From contig NZ_CBDDIM010000001.1 of assembly GCF_965229015.1 (NCBI RefSeq), positions 622,198-686,197 of the forward strand: a stretch of 64,000 nucleotides of DNA. The letters run 5' to 3'. A model generated the notes under the pieces. The model saw nothing but the letters and a program-made list of their open reading frames with translations, was not told where the DNA came from and searched no databases. Shown piece after piece: positions 9,643-18,162 of this stretch. The translations under genes and the position numbers were made by a program. The stretch comes from Phenylobacterium sp. (GTDB lineage: Bacteria; Pseudomonadota; Alphaproteobacteria; Caulobacterales; Caulobacteraceae). Every line of letters starts with the position of its first letter. Within the stretch, counting starts at the first letter, position 1.

Positions 9643-9831
9643 ATGGCGCCGGAAGTCTTGCGAGCTCTGAACGTCGCCCATTTCGAACGACTGCTGTTGT
9701 CGGAGCGTGAGCCCGATCAACGTCGGGTCATCGAACAGCTTCTCGCCGAGGAACGGGCCAAGCCGCTCAGCGCCTATCCTTGCGAGAACTCCAAACGCCC
9801 CGGGGCTGGCAATGCGACGGGGCTGACCTAG
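9643..9831 (+). CDS. Small helical hypothetical protein
   Basis: GGAGG RBS. The pattern NVAHFERLL...RRVIEQLLAEE resembles a family of small alphaproteobacterial proteins (recalled, not searched). Confidence 0.65.
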   Translation: MAPEVLRALNVAHFERLLLSEREPDQRRVIEQLLAEERAKPLSAYPCENSKRPGAGNATGLT

Positions 9832-9834
9832 GCC

Positions 9835-10173
9835 CTAGGTCTTCAGCGACTGCCAGGCGGCCTTGATCTGGGCGAAGGCGGGGTCGGTCTCGGTTTCCAG
9901 GCTGTGCTTCTGGTTGATCTTGCAGCCCACCATGTCGTGGTTGCGCCACTTGGCCCGCACGATGAACACCTGACCGTCAGGAACATGCAGGACGGTGAGC
10001 GCCTTGGGCAGGGGCACCAGGGCCGGAATCTCCAGCTTCAGCCCGCTGGCGCTGACGTCGCGCATGGTGGCGTCCCACCAGGATCCGAGGTTGGGACCAT
10101 AGAAGACCCGCACCCGATCGCTGACGGGGGCGCGAGGTTCTACACGACGATCAATCCAGGCGGCTTCAGACAT
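9835..10173 (-). CDS. Single-domain PilZ (c-di-GMP-binding) protein
   Basis: DRRVEPR (RxxxR) and DVSASG (D/NxSxxG) motifs. Confidence 0.85.
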   Translation of the reverse strand: MSEAAWIDRRVEPRAPVSDRVRVFYGPNLGSWWDATMRDVSASGLKLEIPALVPLPKALTVLHVPDGQVFIVRAKWRNHDMVGCKINQKHSLETETDPAFAQIKAAWQSLKT

Positions 10174-10278
10174 GGGCCAAGCTCATAGGCCAAGGATGCT
10201 AAATTTTTCTAAGCTTCGCCTTTCGCCGGCGGAATGCGGCGAGGCGGCGCAGTTCCGCGCCGGATAGGTGGTTCGAAG

Positions 10279-10354
10279 TGGTGCCGGATACAGGACTCGA
10301 ACCCGTGACCTTCGGTTTACAAAACCGCTGCTCTACCAGCTGAGCTAATCCGGC
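10279..10354 (-). tRNA. tRNA-Thr(TGT)
   Basis: Reverse complement GCCGGATTAGCTCAGCTGGTAGAGCAGCGGTTTTGTAAACCG...GGTTCGAGTCCTGTATCCGGCACCA; 76 nt with encoded CCA. Confidence 0.96.
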
Positions 10355-10449
10355 GTCTGTGGTGGCCCCGGGGCTGGGGCCGGGTCGCCATTCCTTAGCT
10401 GCTTCGCGGCGAGGGGGGCAACCGCTTCCGCCTGGGACGGGAACGCGCT

Positions 10450-10463
10450 TTGACGTGGGTCAA
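10450..10463. promoter_or_regulatory. FNR/FixK-type palindrome upstream of SRPBCC gene
   Basis: TTGAC-GTGG-GTCAA, followed by a possible -10 TAGGGT at 10486-10491 and a GGAGG RBS. Confidence 0.55.
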
Positions 10464-10510
10464 CGAGCCTCGCCGCGCGGCCCCCTAGGGTCGGGATCAG
10501 GAGGTGACCC

Positions 10511-11023
10511 ATGTCAGACGCTCAACTTGGCCCCGCGACCTTCTTCCGCGAGGGCCCGATGGTGGTGGCGACCCTGAGCCGCGAGATCGCGGCCGACCCG
10601 CAAGCCGTCTGGACCGCCCTAACCGCGCCTGAACTGCTCCCGCAGTGGCTGGCGCCCGGAACGATCGAGTTGCGGCCCGGCGGCGCGGTGCGGCTCGACT
10701 TCGGCGACAGCGGCGTGGTGGTCGACTCGACGGTCAGCGCCGTGGAGCCCGGCCGCCTGCTGGAATACTCCTGGAGCGGCCCCGGCGAGCCTCAGCGGCC
10801 CGTCCGCTGGGAGATCGCCCCGCGCGGGGCGGCCGTCGACCTGACCCTGACCCTGAAGCTGCCCCCCGACGAGGACGCCGGGCGCTCGGCCGCCGGCTGG
10901 GCGGCGCACCTGGAGATGCTGGCCTGCGCCCTGGCCGGGGTTCCCATCAAGTTCCCCTTCGAGGCCTTCAAGGCCACCCGCGACGCCTACCGCGATCTGG
11001 TGGGCGTGGAGGTCGCCTACTAG
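10511..11023 (+). CDS. SRPBCC/AHSA1 (START-like) family protein
   Basis: REIAADPQAVWTALTAPELLPQW, GRLLEYSW and GWAAHLEML. Confidence 0.88.
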   Translation: MSDAQLGPATFFREGPMVVATLSREIAADPQAVWTALTAPELLPQWLAPGTIELRPGGAVRLDFGDSGVVVDSTVSAVEPGRLLEYSWSGPGEPQRPVRWEIAPRGAAVDLTLTLKLPPDEDAGRSAAGWAAHLEMLACALAGVPIKFPFEAFKATRDAYRDLVGVEVAY

Positions 11024-11039
11024 CCGCGGCCGGCGCCGA

Positions 11040-11939
11040 TCAGGTTCGACGCAGGATGAAGGTGTCCTGCGGCAGGCTGTTGGTGTCGAACAGCACCAGC
11101 TCCAGGGGCAGGAGGTTGTCCTCGATGATCTTCCGGAGCGGTTCGGGGCCGAAATAGGCCTCGCCATAGAGCGGGCCCAGACCCGTGTCGTGCCAGATGA
11201 ACTCCCCGGCCTCGTACCGCCGCAGGGCGTCGGCGGTGTCGCCGATCTTGCTCAGCACGAAGGTGTAAAACCAGTGGACCTCCTCGCCGGCCTCGGCGCG
11301 CGCCTTCTGGTTGGCGAGTTCCGCCAGGAATCGGCCGCCCCAGGTGGTGAAGGCCGCGAACCCCCCCGGTCTCAGGACCTCGGCGGTCTCGCGCAGCCAC
11401 AGGGCCGCCGAGTGCGGCGACAGGTGGGAGAAGACCGAATAGCCGATCACGAGGTCGAAGCTGTCGCGCGGGATCCGCCGATTGGGCAGATATTCCCCCG
11501 TCAGGATGCAGGCGTAGGGATTCAGGCCGCGGGCGATCTTGGAGAAGAGGGTCGACGGTTCGAACCCGTAGATGTTCGCCAGATCATAGTGACGCATGTA
11601 GGGGCGCATCATCCGCCCCCAGCCGCACCCGAAGTCGAGCAGGCGGGCGTCGGGATCGAGGCGGAGGGATCCCTGCAGATTGCCCTTCACGAACAGGTAG
11701 AACATGAAGGCCTCGTGGATCGCGTCCACCCCTGAACTCCCGTGCACGCGGGACTGCAGGTCGGGGTCCGGGAAGCCCGGGAACACGACGCCCTCGATGG
11801 TTTGATCGGTGACCGAGGCCCGGAGCGTCGCCAGCCACTGGCCGTCCGTCAGGTGGCCGAAGGTGTCGCGGAAGATGTTGGCCGAGCGGAGCCGTTCCTC
11901 GTCATAGTTGATGGGCGGGACATAGACTTCGGCGACCAT
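11040..11939 (-). CDS. Class I SAM-dependent methyltransferase
   Basis: LLDFGCGWGR, FDLVIGYSVFSHL and LRPGG. Start placed at ATG 11939 after GGAG. Confidence 0.88.
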   Translation of the reverse strand: MVAEVYVPPINYDEERLRSANIFRDTFGHLTDGQWLATLRASVTDQTIEGVVFPGFPDPDLQSRVHGSSGVDAIHEAFMFYLFVKGNLQGSLRLDPDARLLDFGCGWGRMMRPYMRHYDLANIYGFEPSTLFSKIARGLNPYACILTGEYLPNRRIPRDSFDLVIGYSVFSHLSPHSAALWLRETAEVLRPGGFAAFTTWGGRFLAELANQKARAEAGEEVHWFYTFVLSKIGDTADALRRYEAGEFIWHDTGLGPLYGEAYFGPEPLRKIIEDNLLPLELVLFDTNSLPQDTFILRRT

Positions 11940-11961
11940 GCGCGACTCCATAGCTTGGGCG

Positions 11962-11990
11962 GTTATGTCGGCCTGAGCGGCGGGCGGCAA
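11962..11990 (-). promoter_or_regulatory. Sigma70-type promoter for the methyltransferase
   Basis: TTGCCG-N17-CATAAC on the minus strand. Confidence 0.45.
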
Positions 11991-12164
11991 GCGCGTGGGA
12001 CGCTGAAGACGCGCAAGGAAAAGGCGCTCCCGGCCAAGCCGGAAGCGCCATCACCTGTCCCCCGACAGGTCGACCGTCGCTCACTGAGCGCCAGTCTCCA
12101 AAAACCTGACCGGGTTATGCCCAAGACTCGCGCCGACCGCAAACCGGCCTGGTGTCGCAGGGGG

Positions 12165-12248
12165 AAAGAGAAAGCCCCGGCGCTCCTGTGAAGGAGCCCG
12201 GGGCCAGGGCGACGGCTCAAGTCGGGGGGGCGATTTGCCGTCGCCCCC
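12165..12248 (-). ncRNA. Putative sRNA, suhB/alpha-r8 (GsrN/MmgR-like)
   Basis: Minus strand: stem GGGCGACGGC/GCCGTCGCCC with loop AAATCGCCCCCCCGACTTGA, then terminator GCCCCGG-GCTCCTTCACAGGAGC-GCCGGGGC-TTTCTCTTT. Confidence 0.6.
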
Positions 12249-12252
12249 TATC

Positions 12253-12277
12253 AATTCGCGGGCCGGGAGAGTGTTCC
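12253..12277 (-). promoter_or_regulatory. ECF (SigT/EcfG-like) promoter for the putative sRNA
   Basis: GGAAC-N16-AATT on the minus strand. The -35 is exact; the -10 matches CGTT only partly. It ends about 5 nt before the first stem. Confidence 0.4.
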
Positions 12278-12365
12278 CAAGAAAAATGCGCTTCATGCGA
12301 ATTTCCGGGTCGCGCCGGCCAAGCGCCCTGTGATCCTCTGGCGGAAGTATCCAGGGGAGAGCGCC

Positions 12366-13775
12366 ATGAAGTTCGAGGATTATCGCAGCCACGACGCCGT
12401 GGGCCTGGCGAGCCTGGTGGCCAAGTGCGAGGTCTCCGCCGCCGAATTGCTGGAGACCGCGGTCGCCCGCATGGGCCAGGTCAATCCGGCCCTCAACGCC
12501 GTGACCCTGGACCTGGCCGACTGGGGCCGGAAGGAAGCCGCCAAGCCGCCCAGCGGGCCCCTGGCCGGCGTGCCCTTCCTGCTCAAGGACCTGGGGGCGA
12601 CCCTGGCCGGGACGGTGACCTCCTCGGGCTCGGCCCTGCTGAAGGACAATGTGGCCGCCGCCGACAGCGCGCTCACCACCGCCTACCGCCAGGCGGGCCT
12701 GGTGATCTTCGGCAAGACCAACACCCCCGAATACGGCCTGATGCCCATCACGGAGAGCACCTTCCTGGGCCCCTGCCGCAACCCCTGGGACGTCTCGCGC
12801 ACGCCCGGCGGCTCCTCGGGCGGGGCGGCCTCGGCGGTGGCGGCCGGCATCGTGCCGGCGGCCCACGCCAGCGACGGCGGCGGCTCCATCCGCACACCCG
12901 CCTCGGCCTGCGGCCTGTTCGGCTTGAAGCCCTCTCGCGGCCGGGTCTCCTTCTCGCCCCTGGGGGAGGGCTGGGGCGGGGCCTCGATCCAGCACGCCGT
13001 CACCCGCTCGGTCCGCGACTCGGCCGTCCTGCTGGACATCGCCTGTCGGCCGCAGCCCGGTGACCCCTACTATCTGGACGCGCCGGCCACCCCCTACGCC
13101 CAGGAGGTGGGCCGCGCGCCCGGCAAGCTGCGGATCGGCTTCACCACCGCCGCTCTGGCCTCCGACGCCCTGGACCCTGAATGCGTCCAGGCGGTGCTGG
13201 ACGCCGCCCGGCTCTGCGAGAGCCTGGGCCACACGGTGGAGGAGGTGACCGTGCCGGGAAACCTGGCGGCCATGCAGCAGGGCGCCGGCGACGTGATCGC
13301 CGCCGGCGTCGCGGCCACCTTCGAGGCGGAGGCCGAGCGGCGCGGCCGCCCGGTCAGCGAGGACGAGGTGGAGATGCTCACCTGGGGCATGTACCGGCGC
13401 GGGACCGGGGTCAGCGGGGCCACCTATGTCCGCGGCCTGGCGGCCATCCACGCCTACGGCCGGGCGGTGGCGGGCCTGTTTTCCACCTACGATGTCCTGC
13501 TGCTCTCGACCCTGGGCAGCCCGGCGATCCCCATCGGCCACCTGACGGAGGACCTGCGGGCCTTCACCGAGCGGCTCTTCAAGTTCATGCCCAACACCCA
13601 GGCCTTCAACAACACCGGCCAGCCGGCCATGACCGTGCCCCTGGCCTGGTCGGCGGGGGGCCTGCCCATCGGCCTGCAGTTCGTGGGCCGCATGGCCGAT
13701 GAGGCGACCCTGTTCCGCCTCGCCGGGCAACTGGAGACGGCCAAGCCCTGGTTCGACCGCGTCGCCCCGATCTAG
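12366..13775 (+). CDS. Amidase signature family protein
   Basis: GVPFLLKDL, GKTNTPE, TPGGSSGG and HASDGGGSIRTPAS. Start at ATG 12366 after GGGGAG. Confidence 0.93.
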   Translation: MKFEDYRSHDAVGLASLVAKCEVSAAELLETAVARMGQVNPALNAVTLDLADWGRKEAAKPPSGPLAGVPFLLKDLGATLAGTVTSSGSALLKDNVAAADSALTTAYRQAGLVIFGKTNTPEYGLMPITESTFLGPCRNPWDVSRTPGGSSGGAASAVAAGIVPAAHASDGGGSIRTPASACGLFGLKPSRGRVSFSPLGEGWGGASIQHAVTRSVRDSAVLLDIACRPQPGDPYYLDAPATPYAQEVGRAPGKLRIGFTTAALASDALDPECVQAVLDAARLCESLGHTVEEVTVPGNLAAMQQGAGDVIAAGVAATFEAEAERRGRPVSEDEVEMLTWGMYRRGTGVSGATYVRGLAAIHAYGRAVAGLFSTYDVLLLSTLGSPAIPIGHLTEDLRAFTERLFKFMPNTQAFNNTGQPAMTVPLAWSAGGLPIGLQFVGRMADEATLFRLAGQLETAKPWFDRVAPI

Positions 13776-14563
13776 GCTTCGCGGCGGCCCCGCCGCTGCT
13801 GGAACAGGTAGGCGCCGATCACTCCGGTGGCCACCAGCCCCACCAGCAGGGTGGAGACCGCGTTGATCTCCGGGCTGACCCCAAGGCGCACCTGGCTGTA
13901 GATCCGCATCGGCAGGGTCGTGGCGCCGGGGCCCGAGGTGAAGCTGGCGATCACCAAGTCGTCCAGGGAGAGGGTGAAGGCCAGCATCCAGGCCGCCGCC
14001 ACCGCCGGAGCGATATTGGGCAGGGTGACGGCGAAGAAGGCCCGCAGCGGCGTGCAGCCCAGGTCGCGGGCGGCTTCCTCCAGGGCCTTGTCGAAGCTGA
14101 TCAGCCGGGCCTGGACCACCACCGTCACGTAGCAGAGGGTCACGGTGGCGTGGCTCACCGTCACCGTCCAGAAGCCGCGCGGCAGGCCGAAGGCCACGAA
14201 CAGCAGCAGCAGGGACAGGCCCAGGATCACCTCGGGCATCACCAGGGGCGCATAGATCATGCCCGAGAACAGCAGCCGGCCCCTGAACCGCCCCGAGCGC
14301 ACCAGGGCCACGGCCGCCAGGGTTCCCAGCACCGTGGCGAGGCTGGCCGAGATCAGCCCGACCCGCAGGGTCACCCCGATGGCGGCCAGCAGCTGGTCGT
14401 CCCGCAGCAGGGCGCCGTACCACTTGGTGGAGAACCCGCCCCACACCGTCACCAGCCGGCTGGCGTTGAAGGAATAGACCACCAGCAGGACGATGGGCAG
14501 GTAGAGGAAGGCCAGACCCACCGTCACCGCCACCCGGTTGAACGCCGAGGCGCCGCGTTTCAT
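13772..14563 (-). CDS. potI: Putrescine/polyamine ABC transporter permease
   Basis: FLYLPIVLLVVYSFNAS, LEEAARDLGC and SLDDLVIASF; ATGA overlap with potH. Confidence 0.9.
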   Translation of the reverse strand: MKRGASAFNRVAVTVGLAFLYLPIVLLVVYSFNASRLVTVWGGFSTKWYGALLRDDQLLAAIGVTLRVGLISASLATVLGTLAAVALVRSGRFRGRLLFSGMIYAPLVMPEVILGLSLLLLFVAFGLPRGFWTVTVSHATVTLCYVTVVVQARLISFDKALEEAARDLGCTPLRAFFAVTLPNIAPAVAAAWMLAFTLSLDDLVIASFTSGPGATTLPMRIYSQVRLGVSPEINAVSTLLVGLVATGVIGAYLFQQRRGRREA

Positions 14564-15456
14564 CGCCCGGCCTCGATCATCTTCGTCTGCTGGCGCTGAT
14601 AGAGGACGATGGGGATCACCAGGGTGGCCAGCATGGCGATGGCCACGGCCGAGGCGGCCGGCCAGTCGCGGTTGGCGAAGAACTCCGTCCAGATGGTCTT
14701 GCCCAGCATCAGGGTGCCCGAACCCCCCAGCAGGTCGGGGATCACGAACTCGCCCACCATGGGGATGAGGCAGAGCAGGGCGCCGGCGGCGACGCCCGGC
14801 AGGGAGAGGGGGAAGGTCACCCGCCAGAAGGCCTGGGTCCGCGTGCAGCCCAGGTCGGCGGCGGCCTCCAGCAGGCTCTGGTCCTGCTTCTCCAGCACCG
14901 CGTAGAGCGGCAGCACCATGAAGGGCAGGTAGGCGTAGACCAGGCCGATATAGACCGCGGTGTCGGTGTTGAGCAGGTTGAGCTCGGGCAGGCCGAACTG
15001 GGAGAGAAACGTGTTGAGCAGGCCCTCGGGCTTCAGCACCGCGATCCAGGCGTAAACCCGGATCAGGAAGCTGGTCCAGAACGGCAGGATCACCGCCATC
15101 AGCAGAGCTTGGCGCGTCGAGGCTTCGAACCGCGACATGCCGTAGGCGATGGGATAGCCGATCAGCAGCAGGATCCCCGTGGCCACGGCGGCGAACTTCA
15201 GGCTGGAGAGGTAGGAGGCGATGTACAGGCTGTCGTTGGTCAGCCGGGCGTAGGTCTCGAAGTCCAGGGCGGCGAAGAAGGCCCGCACCCCGGCCCAGCC
15301 GGCGCTCCAGTCCAGTCTCGGCGCATAGGGCGGCATGGCGAGCGCGGTGTCCGACAGGGACAGCTTGGCCACCAGCAGGAACGGAAACAGGAAGAAGACC
15401 CCCAGCCACAGGAAGGGGGCCAGGGCCGCCAGACCGGTCCTGGGGCGACCCTTCAT
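14560..15456 (-). CDS. potH: Putrescine/polyamine ABC transporter permease
   Basis: ILPFWTSFLIRVYAW, LLEAAADLG and GEFVIPDLLGG. Confidence 0.9.
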   Translation of the reverse strand: MKGRPRTGLAALAPFLWLGVFFLFPFLLVAKLSLSDTALAMPPYAPRLDWSAGWAGVRAFFAALDFETYARLTNDSLYIASYLSSLKFAAVATGILLLIGYPIAYGMSRFEASTRQALLMAVILPFWTSFLIRVYAWIAVLKPEGLLNTFLSQFGLPELNLLNTDTAVYIGLVYAYLPFMVLPLYAVLEKQDQSLLEAAADLGCTRTQAFWRVTFPLSLPGVAAGALLCLIPMVGEFVIPDLLGGSGTLMLGKTIWTEFFANRDWPAASAVAIAMLATLVIPIVLYQRQQTKMIEAGR

Positions 15457-16616
15457 CGGGTCAGCACCACGGCGGCGTCCGGGGCGAAGGTCAGCCAGCA
15501 GGGATCGTCGCAGGCGATGGGCCGGGCCACCAGGCGCGAGGCGTTGGCGCGGGCGGCGCGCACCGTGCGGCCGCTCTCCAGCTCCACCACATAGGTGGTC
15601 CAGTCGCCGAGATAGCCGTAGTCGGCGACCTTGCCGGCCATGCGGTTGGGACCCTCCCTGGGCGGGTCGAGGTGCAGCTGGATCTTCTCGGGCCGCACCC
15701 CCAGCCAGGCGGTGGAGCCCACGGCCAGCGGGACGTCCTCCAGGGCCTCGAAGCCCGCCGGGCAATCGGGGGTGGCGAGCGTCACGCGCTTGCCATCGGT
15801 GGCGGTCACCGCGCCCTCGAACAGGTTCACGTCGCCGATGAAGTCGGCCACGTAGCGGGAGTTGGGGGTCTCGTAGACCTCGGCCGGGCGGCCGATCTGC
15901 ACGATCTGGCCCTCGCGCATCACCGCGATCCGGTCGGCGGTGACCATGGCCTCTTCCTGGTCGTGGGTGACGATCAGGAAGGTCATGCCCAGCCGCTGCT
16001 GCAGGGCGATCAGCTCGAACTGGGTCTCCTCGCGCAGCTTCTTGTCCAGGGCCGCGAGGGGTTCGTCCAGCAGCAGCATCTTGGGGTTGGGGGCGATGGC
16101 GCGGGCCAGCGCCACCCGCTGCCGCTGGCCGCCGGAGAGCTGGTGGGGCTTGCGCCGCGCCAGGCCCTCCAGGCGCACCAGGGCCAGCATCTCGGTCACC
16201 CGGTCGGCGACCTCGCCCTTCGGCGTTCCCTGCTGCTTGAGGCCGAAGGCGATGTTCTGCTCCACCGAGAGGTGGGGGAAGAGGGCGTAGGACTGGAACA
16301 TCATGTTCACCGGCCGCTGGTGCGGCGGCCGGCCGGCCAGGTCCTCGCCGGCCAGGGTGATACGTCCGGCGTCCGGGGTCTCGAACCCGGCCAGCAGGCG
16401 CATCAGGGTGGTCTTGCCGCAGCCCGACGGTCCCAGAAGGGCGAAGAACTCGCTCTCATAGATCGACAGCGAGACGTCGTTCACCGCCGTCTCGGCCCCG
16501 AAACGCTTGGTGACCCCCTCGAACCGCACCAGGGGCTCCAGGGTCGGATCGGTCCAGGGGGCGAAGCTGGAACGGACGGCGCCGATGTTCAGGCGCGGCC
16601 GGCGCGTGGTGGTCAT
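15453..16616 (-). CDS. potG: Polyamine ABC transporter ATP-binding protein
   Basis: GPSGCGKT, LSGGQRQR, LLLDEP and a TOBE C-terminus. Start MTTTRRPR overlaps the potF stop. Confidence 0.92.
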   Translation of the reverse strand: MTTTRRPRLNIGAVRSSFAPWTDPTLEPLVRFEGVTKRFGAETAVNDVSLSIYESEFFALLGPSGCGKTTLMRLLAGFETPDAGRITLAGEDLAGRPPHQRPVNMMFQSYALFPHLSVEQNIAFGLKQQGTPKGEVADRVTEMLALVRLEGLARRKPHQLSGGQRQRVALARAIAPNPKMLLLDEPLAALDKKLREETQFELIALQQRLGMTFLIVTHDQEEAMVTADRIAVMREGQIVQIGRPAEVYETPNSRYVADFIGDVNLFEGAVTATDGKRVTLATPDCPAGFEALEDVPLAVGSTAWLGVRPEKIQLHLDPPREGPNRMAGKVADYGYLGDWTTYVVELESGRTVRAARANASRLVARPIACDDPCWLTFAPDAAVVLTR

Positions 16617-17716
16617 CGTCCGGTCTGCACCCGCGTCCACTGACGGTTCACCTCGCGCAGCAGGCTCTGGTCCTTGGAGGAGGTGACGAACAGGGTCAGC
16701 AGCTGGTCGGGGGTCGGATAGACGTTGGGGTTGTCCCGCACGTCGGGGGCCACCAGGGCGGTGGCCGCCTTGTTGGCGTTGGCGTACTCGGTGAAGGTCG
16801 AGGCCCGGGCGATCACCTCCGGGCGCAGCATGTAGTCGAGGAACTTGTAGGCCGCGGCCGGGTTCGGGGCGTCCTTGGGGATGGTGAAGACGTCGAACCA
16901 GACCTGGCTGCCTTCCTTGGGCACCACATAGTCCAGGTGCACCTTGTCGCCGGCTTCCTCGGCGCGGCTCTTGGCCTGCAGCATGTCGCCGGAATAGCCG
17001 ATGGCGACGCAGATGTCGCCGTTGGCCAGCGCCTCGATGGACTCCGAGGAGTGGAACTTGCGGACATAGGGCCGGGCCTTGAGGAACATCTCGGTGGCCG
17101 CCTGATAGTCCTCCAGCGCCTTGGAGTTGGGGTCCTTGCCCAGATAGTTCAGGGCCACGGCGTACATGTCCTCCGAGGCGTCCAGCCAATAGACTCCGCA
17201 GTCCTTCAGCTTGGCCAGGTTCTCGGGCTTGAAGACGATGTCCCAGCTGTCGATGGCCACGCCGGGCAGACGCTTGGCGATGGCGTCCTTGTTGTAGCCG
17301 ATGCCGATGGTGCCCCACATGTAGGGGATGCTGTACTTCGCCCCCGGATCGAAGGGCTCCATATAGGCCATGATGTCAGGCCACAGGTTGGCCAGGCCGG
17401 TCAGCTTGGACTTGTCCAGGGGCTGGATGGCGCCGGCGGCGATGTAGCGGGGGACGTTGTGGTTGGAGGGGACGACCAGGTCGTAGCCGGTGTTGCCCTG
17501 CAACACCTTGGTCTCCAGAACTTCATTGGAATCAAAGGTATCGTAGACGACCTTGACGCCGGTCTCCTTGGTGAAGTCCTTCAGGATCGCCGGGTCGATA
17601 TAGTCCGACCAGTTGTAGATGTGCAGCGTTCCAGGGCCGCCCTGGCCGCAGGAGGCCAGGACCAGCGCCATCATCCCGACCACGGCCATGCCCAGCCGCT
17701 TGCCCCAATCCGCCAT
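16613..17716 (-). CDS. potF: Putrescine-binding periplasmic lipoprotein
   Basis: Lipobox LASC, IYNWSDYI, YDTFDSNE, GYDLVVPS and PYMWGTIGIGYN. Confidence 0.92.
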   Translation of the reverse strand: MADWGKRLGMAVVGMMALVLASCGQGGPGTLHIYNWSDYIDPAILKDFTKETGVKVVYDTFDSNEVLETKVLQGNTGYDLVVPSNHNVPRYIAAGAIQPLDKSKLTGLANLWPDIMAYMEPFDPGAKYSIPYMWGTIGIGYNKDAIAKRLPGVAIDSWDIVFKPENLAKLKDCGVYWLDASEDMYAVALNYLGKDPNSKALEDYQAATEMFLKARPYVRKFHSSESIEALANGDICVAIGYSGDMLQAKSRAEEAGDKVHLDYVVPKEGSQVWFDVFTIPKDAPNPAAAYKFLDYMLRPEVIARASTFTEYANANKAATALVAPDVRDNPNVYPTPDQLLTLFVTSSKDQSLLREVNRQWTRVQTGR

Positions 17717-17808
17717 CGCGTTCTCCCCCATGCGTCCCGCAAGGTTATAGGGCTGCGAACCGCCGCGTTAAGTGCGAAATCATCGATACCCGCGCCCGGA
17801 GCCCCTGC

Positions 17809-18162
17809 ATGCCCATGACCACGGCGGCCATCGCCCCGATCCTCCTGCTGATCGCCTCCAACGTCTTCATGACCTTCGCCTGGTATGGGCACCTGAAGGT
17901 CGAGCACCGGCCGATCTGGCTGCTGATCGTGGCCAGCTGGGGGATCGCCTTCTTCGAATACTGCCTGGCGGTCCCGGCCAACCGGATCGGGCGCGGCGTC
18001 TATGATCCCATGGAGCTGAAGGCGATGCAGGAGGTGATCACCCTGGTGATCTTCGCCATCTTCTCGGTGACCTATCTGGGGGAGCGGTTCACCTGGAATC
18101 ACGGCATCGGGTTCCTGCTGATCGCCGCCGGGGCCTTCTTCGTCTTCAAGGGACCGCTCTAG
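17809..18162 (+). CDS. DMT family small membrane protein
   Basis: SNVFMTFAWYGHLK, WGIAFFEYCLAVPANRIG and LKAMQEVITL. Confidence 0.88.
   Translation: MPMTTAAIAPILLLIASNVFMTFAWYGHLKVEHRPIWLLIVASWGIAFFEYCLAVPANRIGRGVYDPMELKAMQEVITLVIFAIFSVTYLGERFTWNHGIGFLLIAAGAFFVFKGPL

Noticed and set aside
10196-10215. CtrA box upstream of the PilZ gene (also near 32600)
   Set aside because: TTAG-N6-TTAG and an isolated TTAA half-site do not fit TTAA-N7-TTAA.
4808-10354. Integrative element or prophage at tRNA-Thr
   Set aside because: No integrase, transposase or phage gene, and I found no duplicated tRNA 3' end.
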